Shown piece after piece: positions 1 to 11,900 of a stretch of DNA of 64,000 bases (positions are counted from its first letter, which is position 1; each line of letters opens with the position of its first letter). The DNA is taken from contig QPMI01000517.1 in NCBI GenBank assembly GCA_004431415.1, positions 1 through 64,000 on the forward strand, given 5' to 3'. Source of the stretch: Cyanophora paradoxa CCMP329. Taxonomy: Eukaryota; Plantae; Glaucophyta. The position numbers and the translations under genes are program-made. The notes beneath the pieces are model-generated. The model saw nothing but the letters and a program-made list of their open reading frames with translations. It had not been told where the DNA came from and did not search any database.

Positions 1-1
1 G

Positions 2-3000
2 AGGGACAAGATGACGCGGTTTCATCTCCTTCACCGGGGTCGTCGGCTCCGTCGTCGTCTCCAACAATGTGCGGCGGCGGCGTGAGGAGCATCTCCGGCG
101 CATCGTCAGTCGCGTCTTGAGGGCCCGTCGAGACGTAACAGCGAACGAGAGCTTCGCCTGGCCCGACGGTGACATCTTGGGCGAGGCGGACCAGAACGCC
201 CCCGTCGGTCTGGTCCGCAAGCAAAAAGGGACATGGTATCGTTCGCCATTGTCGGCGTCAGGTGCCGTGATCGTCATTCCCCAGTTAGTCGGGTCGAGCG
301 AGATGTGAGCGTTCATGGCAATGAGCGTCGCCAATCCAAGGAGCATTTGAGTAGACCCCATGAGGCCCTTGTCCACCACTAGGACCTCTCTCACCGACCG
401 TACGGGACCAATCATGACCGCCATGTAGGCGATGCGAGCGTAAGCCGTCATGTCGTCGCCAAATCCGGTCAGTTGTACTGGCGGCGCGCGGCTGTAACGG
501 AGGCCCTCGATGCGCGCAGCGAGGTCTCCGTCAATCACGTCAGCTGCGGCGCCCGTATCCACCAACGCCAGAGTTTTGACGGACGGTCCGACTTTCCGTC
601 CTGGTGCATAGGACCCGAGTCGCACCGACACGCAGATGCGACCATCTGCAATCCGTTGCTTCATTGTCCGGTCGGGTTTTGTCAGCTGAGCGATTCGACG
701 TCCAATTGCCGTATCCTCGGCTGTAGGTATGTCGTTAGGAGACACGATGTCACCCAGCCAACCGAGCATTCTTGCCGTGCGGACACGAAGTGCTGTCTGG
801 TAGCTCCGTTCCACTGGCGTCGTCAAAGGTCGTGACGATGAGATGGCGTCAGGTGGGAGGCGGGCAACCCGGATGCGGGCAGTCTTCTCCACCTTGGAGA
901 CCGATTCATGTGCTCTGTTGAAAACATGTACCGCCGCGAAGGTTCGAGGTCGGTTTGGAATCAGGCGGGTGCTGTTGGACGGCACCGGGCCGCTGCTAGG
1001 ACGAGTGCTGTGGTCCTGCCGGCTGAATCCGAGTCCTCGTCTCGGGGATGTTGTGAGGTATTGGGCGTGTACGCTGGTCTTCCGGCCAAACCAGATGTAA
1101 GCGATGCTCTCATCCGAGTCAGGGTTGGGATCGAAGTCGACGAGCGTGTCGTATTCCGCGTAATGATGGCCGTGGCGACTGAGGCCCTCGCGCAAGTAGC
1201 TGACCAGCGTCTTCCACTGGTGAGGTAGGCGGGTGTCGCCCTGCAGGATCGAGTTGAAGTAAAATCGAGCGCGGTCCCGATGGATGGAGACGAGCGAGGC
1301 GTGTTTGACCGCGTCCCACGCGGTGAACCCCAAAGTGTTCATGATGAACGCCATGCGAGTGAACAGGGCGCGTGTGCGCACGACGTCCAAGGAGGCTCCC
1401 GCCGAGTTGGAGAGGTCAGGCGGCCGTGCTCGCAGATCCTCAGCCAATGACACGAGGGCGTCAGCATTGAGCTGATGCGGTGTTCGGAATGCGCTCCAGT
1501 CATACAAATCGTATTCAGTCCTGAAGTTCGTTCCGTCTTCGTCCCAGAGGTCTGGCCAGAGTACGGGGATGGACTCGTGAGACTGACCGTGTGCCGCGAA
1601 GCGTTCCCAGCTGTACTCCGTGTACGAGGTGTCCACAGGCGTTTGGGAGAGGTCACGGTAGTGTGCACGGAAGTAGAAGGTAGGCGGGAGGGCTCCTTTA
1701 CTTCCGCGTGGAGCTAGTGCCGAAGTTCGAGAAGTCGTGCTTGTGGTGTCGCTGTCGCTGCCCGCTACCGGTGGTGTTCGGGCGACGCGCCGGAAGCGAA
1801 CGCGGTGAACTCCTGTTTGGGGCAGACGGGGCTTGAACTCGGGTGCGACGTCGAAGCGACAAAGGCGAAGTGCCCGAGCCGTGTCACCCCTGTCAATCAC
1901 GACGGGCGTCTTGCCGCCGACCCGAGCACCGTCAATTGTTCGCGGTGTGATCCACAGGGCCCATTTGTGCTCCTTCTCGCCGTCGTTCGGGAGGTCTGTC
2001 TCCTTCATGCGCTTCGGCCTCGGCTTCGTACCGGCTAGACTTGGATTCGCGGCGGCCGCGTTCTGCCGTCGTACCAGCCTGGGCTGCTCCATCGTCCCCG
2101 TCGCCTGGTCGTACAGGTACGTCCGCGGGTATCGGGGGTCGACTTGTAGAGCGCCGCGCAGCGGGTTGATGGACAACCCGACGCCCTCAAATGGTCCGGG
2201 AGGAGCTCCGTCCTCGTCGTCACCGATGTAGAGGTGGGGCCCGAAACGGCTAGGATTTGCTCCGTCGGCTTCTGTGAGACCTCCGCTGTACCGCAAGGGG
2301 GGTGCCAGTTCAGCTGTCATGGTGATGCGGTCGTCCCGTGACGTGCCGGAAGCGTTGTAAGCCAGCGTTATCCAGCGCGTACGATGCTCCACGAGGTCGT
2401 CGGAGAACAGTATTGCGCCGTAGTCAAGGAGAAACAATTCGGGAATCGAATCTTCCTCGGACGCGTGGATCTCATTGTACTGTAGGAGTACCTCCGGACC
2501 CACGTGCTGTTCGTAATGACGCCAGGACCGTTCGAACTCGTTCCTGTTGAACGTGTATTGGCTCACGCCCATGCCGAGGTTGTCCATGCCCCTGTTGCCG
2601 ACCATGGTTCCGTCGTGTCCAAACATCTCGATGACGTTGACAGGGAGGTCGAAGGCAGCGGGAAAGTGTGCATGCTGCGACTGGCGATCTTCGTAGCGTT
2701 GCCATGTCTCCTTGGCTGTTGTGGAGGCGCGCCCGGCATTGCCGAGGGCCCCGTGGCGGACAACTGCCGCGAGTTGCGTTGTAATCGCCGTGACTAGTAG
2801 TGCCATGAAGGCCGTTGCAAACATGGCGCCGGGTGGTGGTGTTGCCGTGCCAAAATCCCGGGCGTACCAGTCTTGCAGTTCCTGAGACACGGTCATGTTG
2901 CCGTCGTCGTCGACACGGAAGTGTAGTAGGCTCGCATTCGAAGTCACGTATTCGTCGAGAATCTCCAGCAGGCCGTCGTGGATTGGCATCTGTTTCGACG

Positions 3001-3436
3001 GGAACGCCGTGTACAAACGGATTGAAGCTGCTACGTGATGTGCGAAGTGGTGGACCCAGTGATGTACTTCCGGCTTGAAGGGGATAACGTGGATGAATGC
3101 ACCCTCCGTCGGCCTAGTAGGCCTCTCGATGGTCTTCCAGACGCCGCCGGGTAGGATCGTCTCCTCAAGCAGAATTGGTATGCGATTGTAGTCGAAGTAT
3201 GCAGGCTGGTCCGCGGGCCGTTGTGGCCTGTTCGAACGGGCGATTTGGAGCCAAGTGTCACGGTTGTTGGCATCGAACACGTGAACGACAGCCTGGGTGT
3301 CCCTGGTCCGCGTCTTTGTGTAAATTCGCGGGCCGCCGTTGGCGAAGACTTCCAGGGTGTCGCTCAGTATCGTCGGGGAGTTGAACTCGTGGAACGTGCC
3401 AGCATGGGTCCGCCGTTGCCAAGCGGGGGAGCCATT
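2..3436 (-). CDS. Pol-like polyprotein N-terminal part containing a retropepsin (aspartic protease); 3'-truncated by the window edge
   Basis: Manual translation gives a stop-free frame from 3436 (after TGA at 3437-3439) to the window start, 1145 codons, first ATG at 2989. It contains TLALVDTGAAADVIDGDLAARI (DTG at 551-559), a flap-like VQLTGFG and a C-terminal MLLGLATL, the retropepsin pattern. Not listed in the ORF track. Confidence 0.85.
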
Positions 3437-6400
3437 TCATGTCCCTGAGGCCGCTCGAGTGGGCTTCGGAACGCTGTGAGGTAGTTACCGAGCTCATTCA
3501 ACGGGTTGTGCTCATTGGCGGGAGCGATTGTCAAGGTGGTAAACTTGATCTCGCAACGGTTCTTGCGGGTATTGCCGTCATCTGTCACGGTCTGCACCCC
3601 GTGCAGGTACGGGTTGGAACGATTGCGTGCCCGATGGCGTACCACGCCGTCGAGCGCCTGTAGTGCTCCGCGCCAACGAAGCTGGTTAAGCGCGTGGATC
3701 GGTCTGAACTCTGGAAGCTTCCGCATGAACTTGTCCATGTTCGTGTCGCCGTGCATGAAGTACTGAATTTGGCTCTCTGCCAGTGGGTGTTCCCATTCAG
3801 GCTTCGTATTCACGTACTCCTCCAATGCCGTCAAGTCACGCGTGAACGAGGACCGAGTTGCGAGGCACTGCACATTTCTTGCCACGAGGACGGCAGACCA
3901 CGGAGTGTATCTCATGTTCTCGGCCATCGCGGAGCTGAAGTACTGAGAAAGAATTCGACGCCTCGGAATGCGAGCGGCTGTTTGTTGATCGTGTATACTT
4001 CGTTGCGCGTGTCTGAGCGTGTCACGTCGTAGAGTTGCACCGTACTATCCTCGGGATAGTGGGTCCTCCAGACGTTCGAGTGCCGGCAGATCCTTGTGGT
4101 AAGACAGCGTGAACAAGCGGAAGTCGTTGTGTTGTCCCTCCCGTGCTGGAGGCCCGAGGCCCCGCCTCAAATGCCCACTGAGTATCGACGCTGTCGTCGA
4201 GTCCCGCACTTGAGTATGATTGCTTGCGGTGGATGCGTTCCTGGGGTCGCCCCACCATCCGACGCGTTCGAACTTGTCGGTAACGTAGCCGTTCTCGATG
4301 ATGTCGGCACCGAAGAACTTGTAGTAATATCGGGTACGAATATGGCCCGGGCGTTCCGGCTGAGGTCGACAGTTTCGTAAAACCAATCGTCACCAGCCTC
4401 GTCTTCCGATATTACTGTCTTGCGGCCCTTTTTCAGGCCCACGCGTTTAGCAGTTGAGCCTGAAGTTGTGCTACGTGGTTGCTGCACCGGTGCCGGGGGC
4501 GTCGTTTCCGTCCTGAGAACATGAGGGGTGACTCCGCAGTGTGGTCTCGTCGTCGGCCGTAAAGAACATGGAATCGTGGATTCGGAGCGTGGTCAGTTCT
4601 GCCCAACGCAGGAGGAAGCGGGTGTCCCAATTGAGGCCGTACTCCGTGATCCTCTGACGTATCGGGGGAAATGGGACGTTGTACGCCTGCATAATGTCGA
4701 TGGTTGCCGTGCTTGGATTCACGTAATCGTTCGTACGCAGGGTGTAAGATCCGCAAGTAGGTTCTCCTTCGACTTGTTCCAGTACTGGAAAATTCGAGAA
4801 TCTTGTCGCCCGAACATGATCGCCCGGACGAGGGAAGCCGGACTAGGGTGTTCGGCTGGGAGTCGATCAGTCGAAGGCGGTTTGTCATTCCGTATGCCAG
4901 GCACTGAGCCTGCCAATCCTCCGCATCCGTCCATTTGTCCCCGTTGTATTTACGCTTCAACGCCCAATACAATGCGTCGAGAACAGTGGCGTGCCACAAC
5001 GTGGGTTGGAGAGAGTACCGCCTCCTGATGTTGAATACGGATGGTGTTACGGGCCCTCAGGTAGCCTTCAACCAGTGACAGTTGCAGGTCAGGTCCCGGT
5101 TCCACGCGGCTGAGCTCGAAGCTGCTCGGGTAGCTACGAGCACCGACGCGCTCATGTACTCTCTCCGGGTAACGGTCCAGATGGAGCCGCAGGCCTGTCG
5201 GAATGCTGCTACGTCGCCGAGCTCGCGGGCACGCCCTAAGGCTGTCCTCGCGGAGAGATGGGTCACGAACACGTTGCCGGAGTTCTCGGCACCGGTCCGG
5301 AACGCCTGAAGACCTCTCCAGAGTGGAGAAAGCGGGTCTTCGGAGTAGTCGAGGCGTCGCTCGTTACATTCAATCACCGCTAGTTTGTACTCGTCGAGTA
5401 ATACACCGTGGAGCTCGAAGGGCTTCCGGGGAACGTCCAAGGTCCCCTGTTCCGGGGGCGTCTGTGTCCGGTCAAGGTACCGGTCGACGGTAGCCAGCCA
5501 GCTGTTGGGGCTATTCGCGAAGTGGCCTCCGAAGGGCAGGTTGAGCACGCGCGTGATGTACTCCACCATTTCGACTCCCATTGTGAAGTAGAAGTCTGGC
5601 TTGTCGGCCACAGCAGCCTATTTGGCTTTGCCGAGAACGGATCCGAACAGCGAAGCCAAGGGCTGCGCCATGAGTGATGCCGTTCCAACTCCCGAGGCTT
5701 CGAGTGGAAGTAGATGCGTGCTCCAGCCGCTGCAATGTGAATTGCGTTGGCCAGGGCTGTCACCCGCATCTCGAGGGCGATGTCTCGATCGAGCGCTGGA
5801 GGTGTCGCCGTGGGGTAAGGCGCGAATTCGTCGTCGAAGGGCGGCGGCAGGTGCGACTCGAGGATTAAGCGTTCCAGTGCCGTCATGCGGACCGTCAGCG
5901 CGTCGGCGAGAGTGGGGAAAGGCGCATAGTAGTCCCCGTGCGGTTCGAAGTAAGTAGGGAATTGTGCCCGCATGCTTCGGCCGTACGAGATCATGACGTC
6001 GAAGAGCCAAGGCAATATTCCTTGCCGTGAAGTCGTCAGGGTTATTGCTTGTTGTGCATCAAGGCCCAGCAGCTCGAGGACAGATGCGTGACGCAGCGTC
6101 TCTTCCAAGCTATCCGTAGTGTCGGCTGTGCCCGCAATTCTCATGATCGCATAAGCGACAGCGCGGAGATGGGCGGTATGTTTGAGCAAAATCGCTGATT
6201 GCTCCTCGACATCGACGTACGTGGCGAGTCTGTCGAGGACGTGCCGGTTAGCCGGGTTCAGCTCCGTGAGTCCGTCAGGCAGCGTGGAAATGTTTGTGAG
6301 GTAGAGGCCGGTCTTGGACGGGTCCGTACTTGCATTCCATGGCGTGTACTTGCGATAGGTTGCAAACAGGTTGGGATTGTCGACCGCAGCCGCTGCCTCT

Positions 6401-7507
6401 GCGTAGCCGGGCATTGTGCTTGGTATGACCCCACAGTCTCCGAGGCGCTGTGAAACTGCAGCAGTGGCCTCGCCCAAGTGTGTGGTTCTCACGATTGCGC
6501 CGGTCTCCGGCGGGACTGGAAGTGGCGGTTCAGGTTCCGGAATCGGGACGGGAATGTCGCCGACTTGGATGTAACGCTGGGGATCCTCAGTGACAGTAGG
6601 GTAAGTCCGGGAAATGTGAATTGGTCCCGAGCCATCTTCCTCTGCCGTTGGCTCCTCCTCGTTCCAGGATCGCCAGTATTCACGTGCATATATCCACGCG
6701 CGCGAGTGTGGGCGAGCCCACAGTCGGGGACGGCAATCCCCTGGGCATTCAATCCAGTCGGGTCCTGGAGGGCTTTCGGACTCAACGATGAAGTCATCCG
6801 GCCTTGCGTAGGGCTGTGATCGGCGGGGTTTGTCATGCTGGGCGTGTCCGTGGGCTCAACGTTCGACCTGTCTACCTCGCCGGCCGTGGCGGGGCGGTAG
6901 TTGCGGGGGTCGTGGTCGATTCGTTGTCAGTTGGCAGTGTCAAAGTCTGCTCCTGACAGTTATGGTCATGTCCGGAGTCGCTTGCTCTGAAGCTATAACG
7001 CCGGGTTGAGCCACGCCAGCCGTGGCCGGGGCGGCTTCCAGGGCGTCGTAAGGGTCGGAGATGCAGGGCTCGGGTTGATTGTTACGTTGGTAGCATTCGT
7101 CTCAGTTTGCGGCGCGCCGGCCGTGGCCGGGGCGACGGTAATGAGACTGGAGGGATTCGTAGTGCCATAACAAGGGCCACGCTGTCGCTGGGGCTGAGGA
7201 CACCACTCCCGGGATCGTCCAGAGTTGGGGCTTGGGGGTCGGCCGAGGTCGCCCTGAACGGGGTGAAGGTGTCCGTTCCGGGTCTCAGATGACGACGTCG
7301 GTGGTGTATCTTCCATCTTGTTCGCGATGGTCTGTACCCGACCTGTCGTGGCTTGTATTTCCGCGTAGCGCTCGAGGCGGTCCTGTTCGCTTCGCGTCCC
7401 CGTGCTCGAGCGTAACCAGTAAGCGCCGCCGCCATGTAAGGACCTTTGCCCTCACCCAAGGCGTAATCGGCGTCGTACGCCGTGTTCACGCTCGCCGTCA
7501 GATCCAC
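3364..7507 (-). pseudogene. Fragmented coding region of unknown function inside the retrotransposon
   Basis: Chain of overlapping same-strand ORFs (7082-7507, 6489-6836, 5380-6492, 5057-5611, 4433-4999, 4045-4386, 3364-3927) in shifting frames. Protein-like sequence reads through in-frame stops at 5618-5620 (..GKAK*AAVADKPDFYF..) and 5057-5059 (..WLKAT*GPVTPSVF..). Confidence 0.6.
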
Positions 7508-8933
7508 GGATCCAGGCGCCGTTCGGGTTTGGTTCCAGCTGGTCGTTGAGGCGCTCGGCTCGGGCGTCGTTCCCGCTCGTACATAAGATCGATAAAGTTA
7601 CGCTTGTCGTCGTCAGTCGGGTATGTCCATGAGGGGGCCAGGTTGTACTGGTCTCCAGCTGGGCTGCAATGAAGTCATATGACTCAGGGATGATCTTCAT
7701 GGCTTCCTTATACTTCCGCTGCTCGTCCGGGTCGTAAATTCGGCGCAAGATGGCTGTGACTCGGATTGGATTGAAATACTCGTAGGCGGATCCGTGCTCG
7801 CCGATGCCGAAGTAAGGAATGGTGCAGCCACGGCTGTCTACCACTCCGGCCTCGTGAGACTGGTACGAGATGACCGTCGTTGGCTTCAACAGCCGCGGGG
7901 GATTGCGAGCTTCCTCAGGCCAGTGCTGCTGTGGTTGCGTCGTGAGGCTGACCAATGGGCCGTGAGCCGGTGTCGGGGGTGCGCTGCGCGTGTCCCCGGT
8001 CCTGGTTGGAGTTCGAGTTGCCGTGCGTAGGGTCCCGTAGTTGAACCGCTGGTTGGGTCGCGTGCTGGACCATTCTGTGTTGGCGTGGACTCTGTACGCA
8101 CGTACGTCGAACGGCTCCATGTTAAGGTTGATGAAGCGGTCGTAAACATTGGCATAGCCATGCTTGCAGGCGAGCTGGCTCTCGGGCCACCAAGCGAGCG
8201 CTTCCATGATGATTGCATTGAACGTCTCCTCGGCTCGAGTTGTTACTCTCCGGTCCAAGGGGCCGTCCGGGCCCACAGGCGTCGGATGGGGGTACAAGCC
8301 TGTCACCTCGGCGTCTGGGTAGTTGCAATAAGACACGAGTGGGTACTTGCCACACGTCCCACAGTTCATAGTCATCTCGACGCGAGTGCTGGTGAACTGT
8401 CCGTCGGGGTTGTGAAGGTGCCGTCGGTAAAGTAACATGTTCAGCTGTTGGCAGTGGTGGTGACATGTGGCTGCGTGCCCTTGTGATGGCGCCGTTCGGG
8501 CGACTGGCGTTGCCGGGCATGGTCCGGGAAAGCCAACCGCCTCGCAGCGGATGTAGATTTGCTGGGCGCCAGGGCTCACAAAGACGCTGTTCACCGTCTG
8601 TTTGGTAAAGAAGCTATCGCCTCCAAACATGTTATAGTCACCATTGCTTCCGGCCCGGAATCGCTGCCGCAGGATGCTGACAGCGTCCGTGGTCAGGCAT
8701 TTAGCTTGGCTTCGCATGTAGCTCATGGAAGGTTTCGCGTTGCGACTCCGGTTCCGAGTTGCGAGCATCCATTTGACAGAGGAGTTCGTCGGCTCTGGCA
8801 CGAGCGAGTTCCGTGGGTACGTTTCCAGATAAGCGTCAAGAACTGCTTGAGCTATCGTGGGGTACGTCGTGGGGGCATCATGGTGACGATCCATGTGAGT
8901 GCCGCCGTTGGGCTGCAGTTGTAGAGTTCCCAA
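7452..8933 (-). CDS. Retrotransposon accessory ORF (493 aa), unknown function, Cys/His cluster
   Basis: ORF overlapping the end of the gag ORF by ~80 nt in another frame. Contains CHHHC..CGTCG..C; no domain I can recognise. Confidence 0.55.
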   Translation of the reverse strand: MGTLQLQPNGGTHMDRHHDAPTTYPTIAQAVLDAYLETYPRNSLVPEPTNSSVKWMLATRNRSRNAKPSMSYMRSQAKCLTTDAVSILRQRFRAGSNGDYNMFGGDSFFTKQTVNSVFVSPGAQQIYIRCEAVGFPGPCPATPVARTAPSQGHAATCHHHCQQLNMLLYRRHLHNPDGQFTSTRVEMTMNCGTCGKYPLVSYCNYPDAEVTGLYPHPTPVGPDGPLDRRVTTRAEETFNAIIMEALAWWPESQLACKHGYANVYDRFINLNMEPFDVRAYRVHANTEWSSTRPNQRFNYGTLRTATRTPTRTGDTRSAPPTPAHGPLVSLTTQPQQHWPEEARNPPRLLKPTTVISYQSHEAGVVDSRGCTIPYFGIGEHGSAYEYFNPIRVTAILRRIYDPDEQRKYKEAMKIIPESYDFIAAQLETSTTWPPHGHTRLTTTSVTLSILCTSGNDARAERLNDQLEPNPNGAWIRGSDGEREHGVRRRLRLG

Positions 8934-11900
8934 AGATCAACGTTTTCTCGCCGTGTGCGATTATGTACTGATTCGGCCCATCCTCGTATCAGTGATACTT
9001 GTTCTGAAGTCCATTGGGTACCGCGGTCCAATGGCATTTCAAGTGATGTCGGAGGAGGCTGGGCTACCCCGTCAGCTATTGCTGGTGTGGGTGTCGAGTG
9101 TGGTGGAGGCGGGACATGTACTGCGCCGGCCGTGGTCGGGGCAGGTACTGAGTCTCGCGCAGTAGGGACGGTGATCGCGCCGGCCGTGGCCGGGGCGGGT
9201 GTAATATCTCGTGTCGTAGGAACTGGTACTGCGCCGGCCGTGGCCGGGGCAAGTGTTCGTTCCAAGTTGTAGTTGTCGGATGGTCGGTCCCGCCGTGTCC
9301 AATTCACGGCCTGCTGCCATGCACCAGTGTTGATTGCATTGGCCGTCCGCTTCGCCCACTCATTGAGCAGTATGAGGTCAGCGGAGGTTGTGCGCCTGAG
9401 GATTGTAGCCCGGATAGCTGTCGTCAAATTAAGTCGGTCTGTCAAGTCTGGGGGTTGCTGGACTGGATGTTCAGCTAACGTATCCCAGTGTTCGTGATCA
9501 CGGTCACCACTGAGGGGTCGAGCGTCCGGTACGCAAGGTCGATCCATGTCAGTTCCCGCAACTGGGTTGCCGTTCCAGAATGCTTGCACTGCCGTGCGTT
9601 TAAGTAGTGTGATGTACTGAGGTCGGCCCGCGGCTGCGTTGGCTGGGTGGGCCTGGCCCAAGCTGCGAAGTGAATCCACAAGCGTCGTGAGATGCAAGTG
9701 GAGTGCACGGTCCGCCGGTCCGTTCGAAGGCTGCCGACTCTGACCGTGAATCTCGCGCGGTTCCAGTGCTCCGGCTGCCGACTGCTGGATTGTTATCGGC
9801 TTGCACCGGTCACAGCACTCGTGAATGAAAGTTGTCTCGCCGCCAACGTCACCGTGAGGCTCGTACTGAACCACGTCTGGGAATGTGGAAAGGTCGCTCT
9901 CCCCAGCCGTTTCCGCTAACGGGTGGTGTTGGCGTTGAGGTGCAGCTAATTTGTTGACGTTGTAGTCAAGAGCGTGGTGAAAGATGGGCCGTACATGTTC
10001 GTGAGGGATAGGGTACCGATGAAGCATCGTTACGTCATCGACGTCGGTACTGCCGTTCTGCAGTGCCTGCTCTCTTGCACCCGCTGCTGTCGCACACAGT
10101 CCCGCACCCTTGTGTCCGAAGAGTATGGTAATGTGCTTCAGTTGGGGGCAATAGAGGACAGCGTCGATGAACGCCTGTCGGAAGTCGCAGCCAGGGAAGC
10201 CATGTGTGAACCATGCACTTCCGGGCACTTCGCGAAAGTAGACGGGGTTTGCGAGGCGTCGTCTGTGCATGTAGCCCAGTACTTCTCGTAGGTACGTCGT
10301 GAGCGGCCCTACGTACTCAGCGATACATTCGGCCGGCTCCACGATCTGGTTCACCGTAGGCGAGATGACCGGTGTTGCGTGCTCCACTACCGGCTTCTGC
10401 GCCGTCGAGGCAACGGGTGGCTGGCCGTCATGAGCCTTTGCCGTCGAGACGTTTGTGGTCTTGCCCCCTTTGCTGGTAAGTGCCGCCTTCGTTGCCGCGA
10501 TCTCGAGACCGAGGTTGGCGGCCCGCGCCGTAACGTCCTGCAGCGTCTTTACCAGAGGCCCTTGGAGGTGTTCAGCGCACGTGTCCGTGTTCCAGCAGGT
10601 CTTTGTCGCGTTCTTGTCGACTTCGATCCGCCGTACTGGGATTGCCGCGGCTTGTGTAATTGCAGAGATACGTTCCCGAATGAAGCCAAATTTGGTTGTA
10701 TACTTGTTGCTCTTGGGGCGGGTTGGGGTGGCAGCTCGCGCTCCAAGGTTGGCCATTTTAGCCAGTGCTCTGTTGACCTTGTCGAGGACGGTCGATGTCA
10801 CTGCCGACACTCGTACTTCTTCTCGCTGCAAGTCGTATAGAGCTTGTGTTACGTTAACAGGTCTGGGCTGGAAGTGTGGTTTAGTAGCCCGCGTTCTAGC
10901 TTCTTGCACCAGTTCTGCGATTTGCTGTTCCGTAGGCGTGGAGGTAGGTGCTGGCGCCGACGTCGTGGTCGGGGCTGGCACTTCTCCCATTGGAACTGGC
11001 TGTGCGACGTGTACCGGCACAGTTTGCAAGACTGGTGTCTCCACTGGGTTCGTCGGCGCCGGCATCGTGGCCGGGGCCTGCGTTGCAGTGGTTGGCACTG
11101 TCGGCGTGTGTAATGAAGCCGTAGTTCCAGGTGGGCCCACGGGCGCCGGCGTCGTGGCCGGGGTCTGTGGTACACCTGTTGTGAGGGGCGTAGTGGTGTC
11201 AGACGGGCACGTAGGCGCCGGCGTCGTGGCCGGGGTCTTTGGTGCGTCCGTCGTCGTTGTAGGATTGTCATTGGCAGTGATGCCGAGGGGGGGGCGCGAT
11301 GAAGGTCCTCCACCACCGCCGCGACCGCCGCCTCGTCCGCCGCCTCGTCCGCCACCTCGTCCACCGCGGCCACCACGGTCACCGCGACCCCAGGGGTAGG
11401 TGTCCTTATTACCGCCTCCTGCGCCGCCACCGCCGTCACGGTTGCCGTTCCGGGGGCAGTTTGCTTGGAGGTGTTCAGTTGAGTTACAAAGTCGGCACTT
11501 CTTGGGTTGAGTGCATTCCGATTGGCGATGTCCGTAACCTTGACAGTTAAAGCATTGGAGGTTCGACGTCGGGTTAGCCGCTGCATTTTGCGTGGGCTGC
11601 GTCGGCGCCGTCTGTCCGTTTGAGCCAGTGGGAATCTTGCAGGTTTCTGCCGCCATTCGTACAATTGGGTTGTTGTCGCCGCTCTGGATCATCTCCAGTA
11701 GCTTATACCGGTAGTCATGCCGTGGGCATTCCAGGTAATCGTCAGCGTAATGGTGGCGTTCGGCCGGCGGTAAATTGTCAGGGCACCGCCAGCAGTAGAA
11801 GTCGTGGTTGGTACCGCGGTGTTTAGGCTTCTCTGCTCGGTGGTAACCTTCCCGTTGTTTAATTGCAGTAATCTTCTCAACGCGCGGGTAATTGTAATTG

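Noticed and set aside
8852-8945. Programmed -1 frameshift from gag into the 493-aa ORF
   Set aside because: The start of the overlap (CTT TGG GAA in the gag frame) does not form a canonical X XXY YYZ slippery heptamer, so it cannot be supported.
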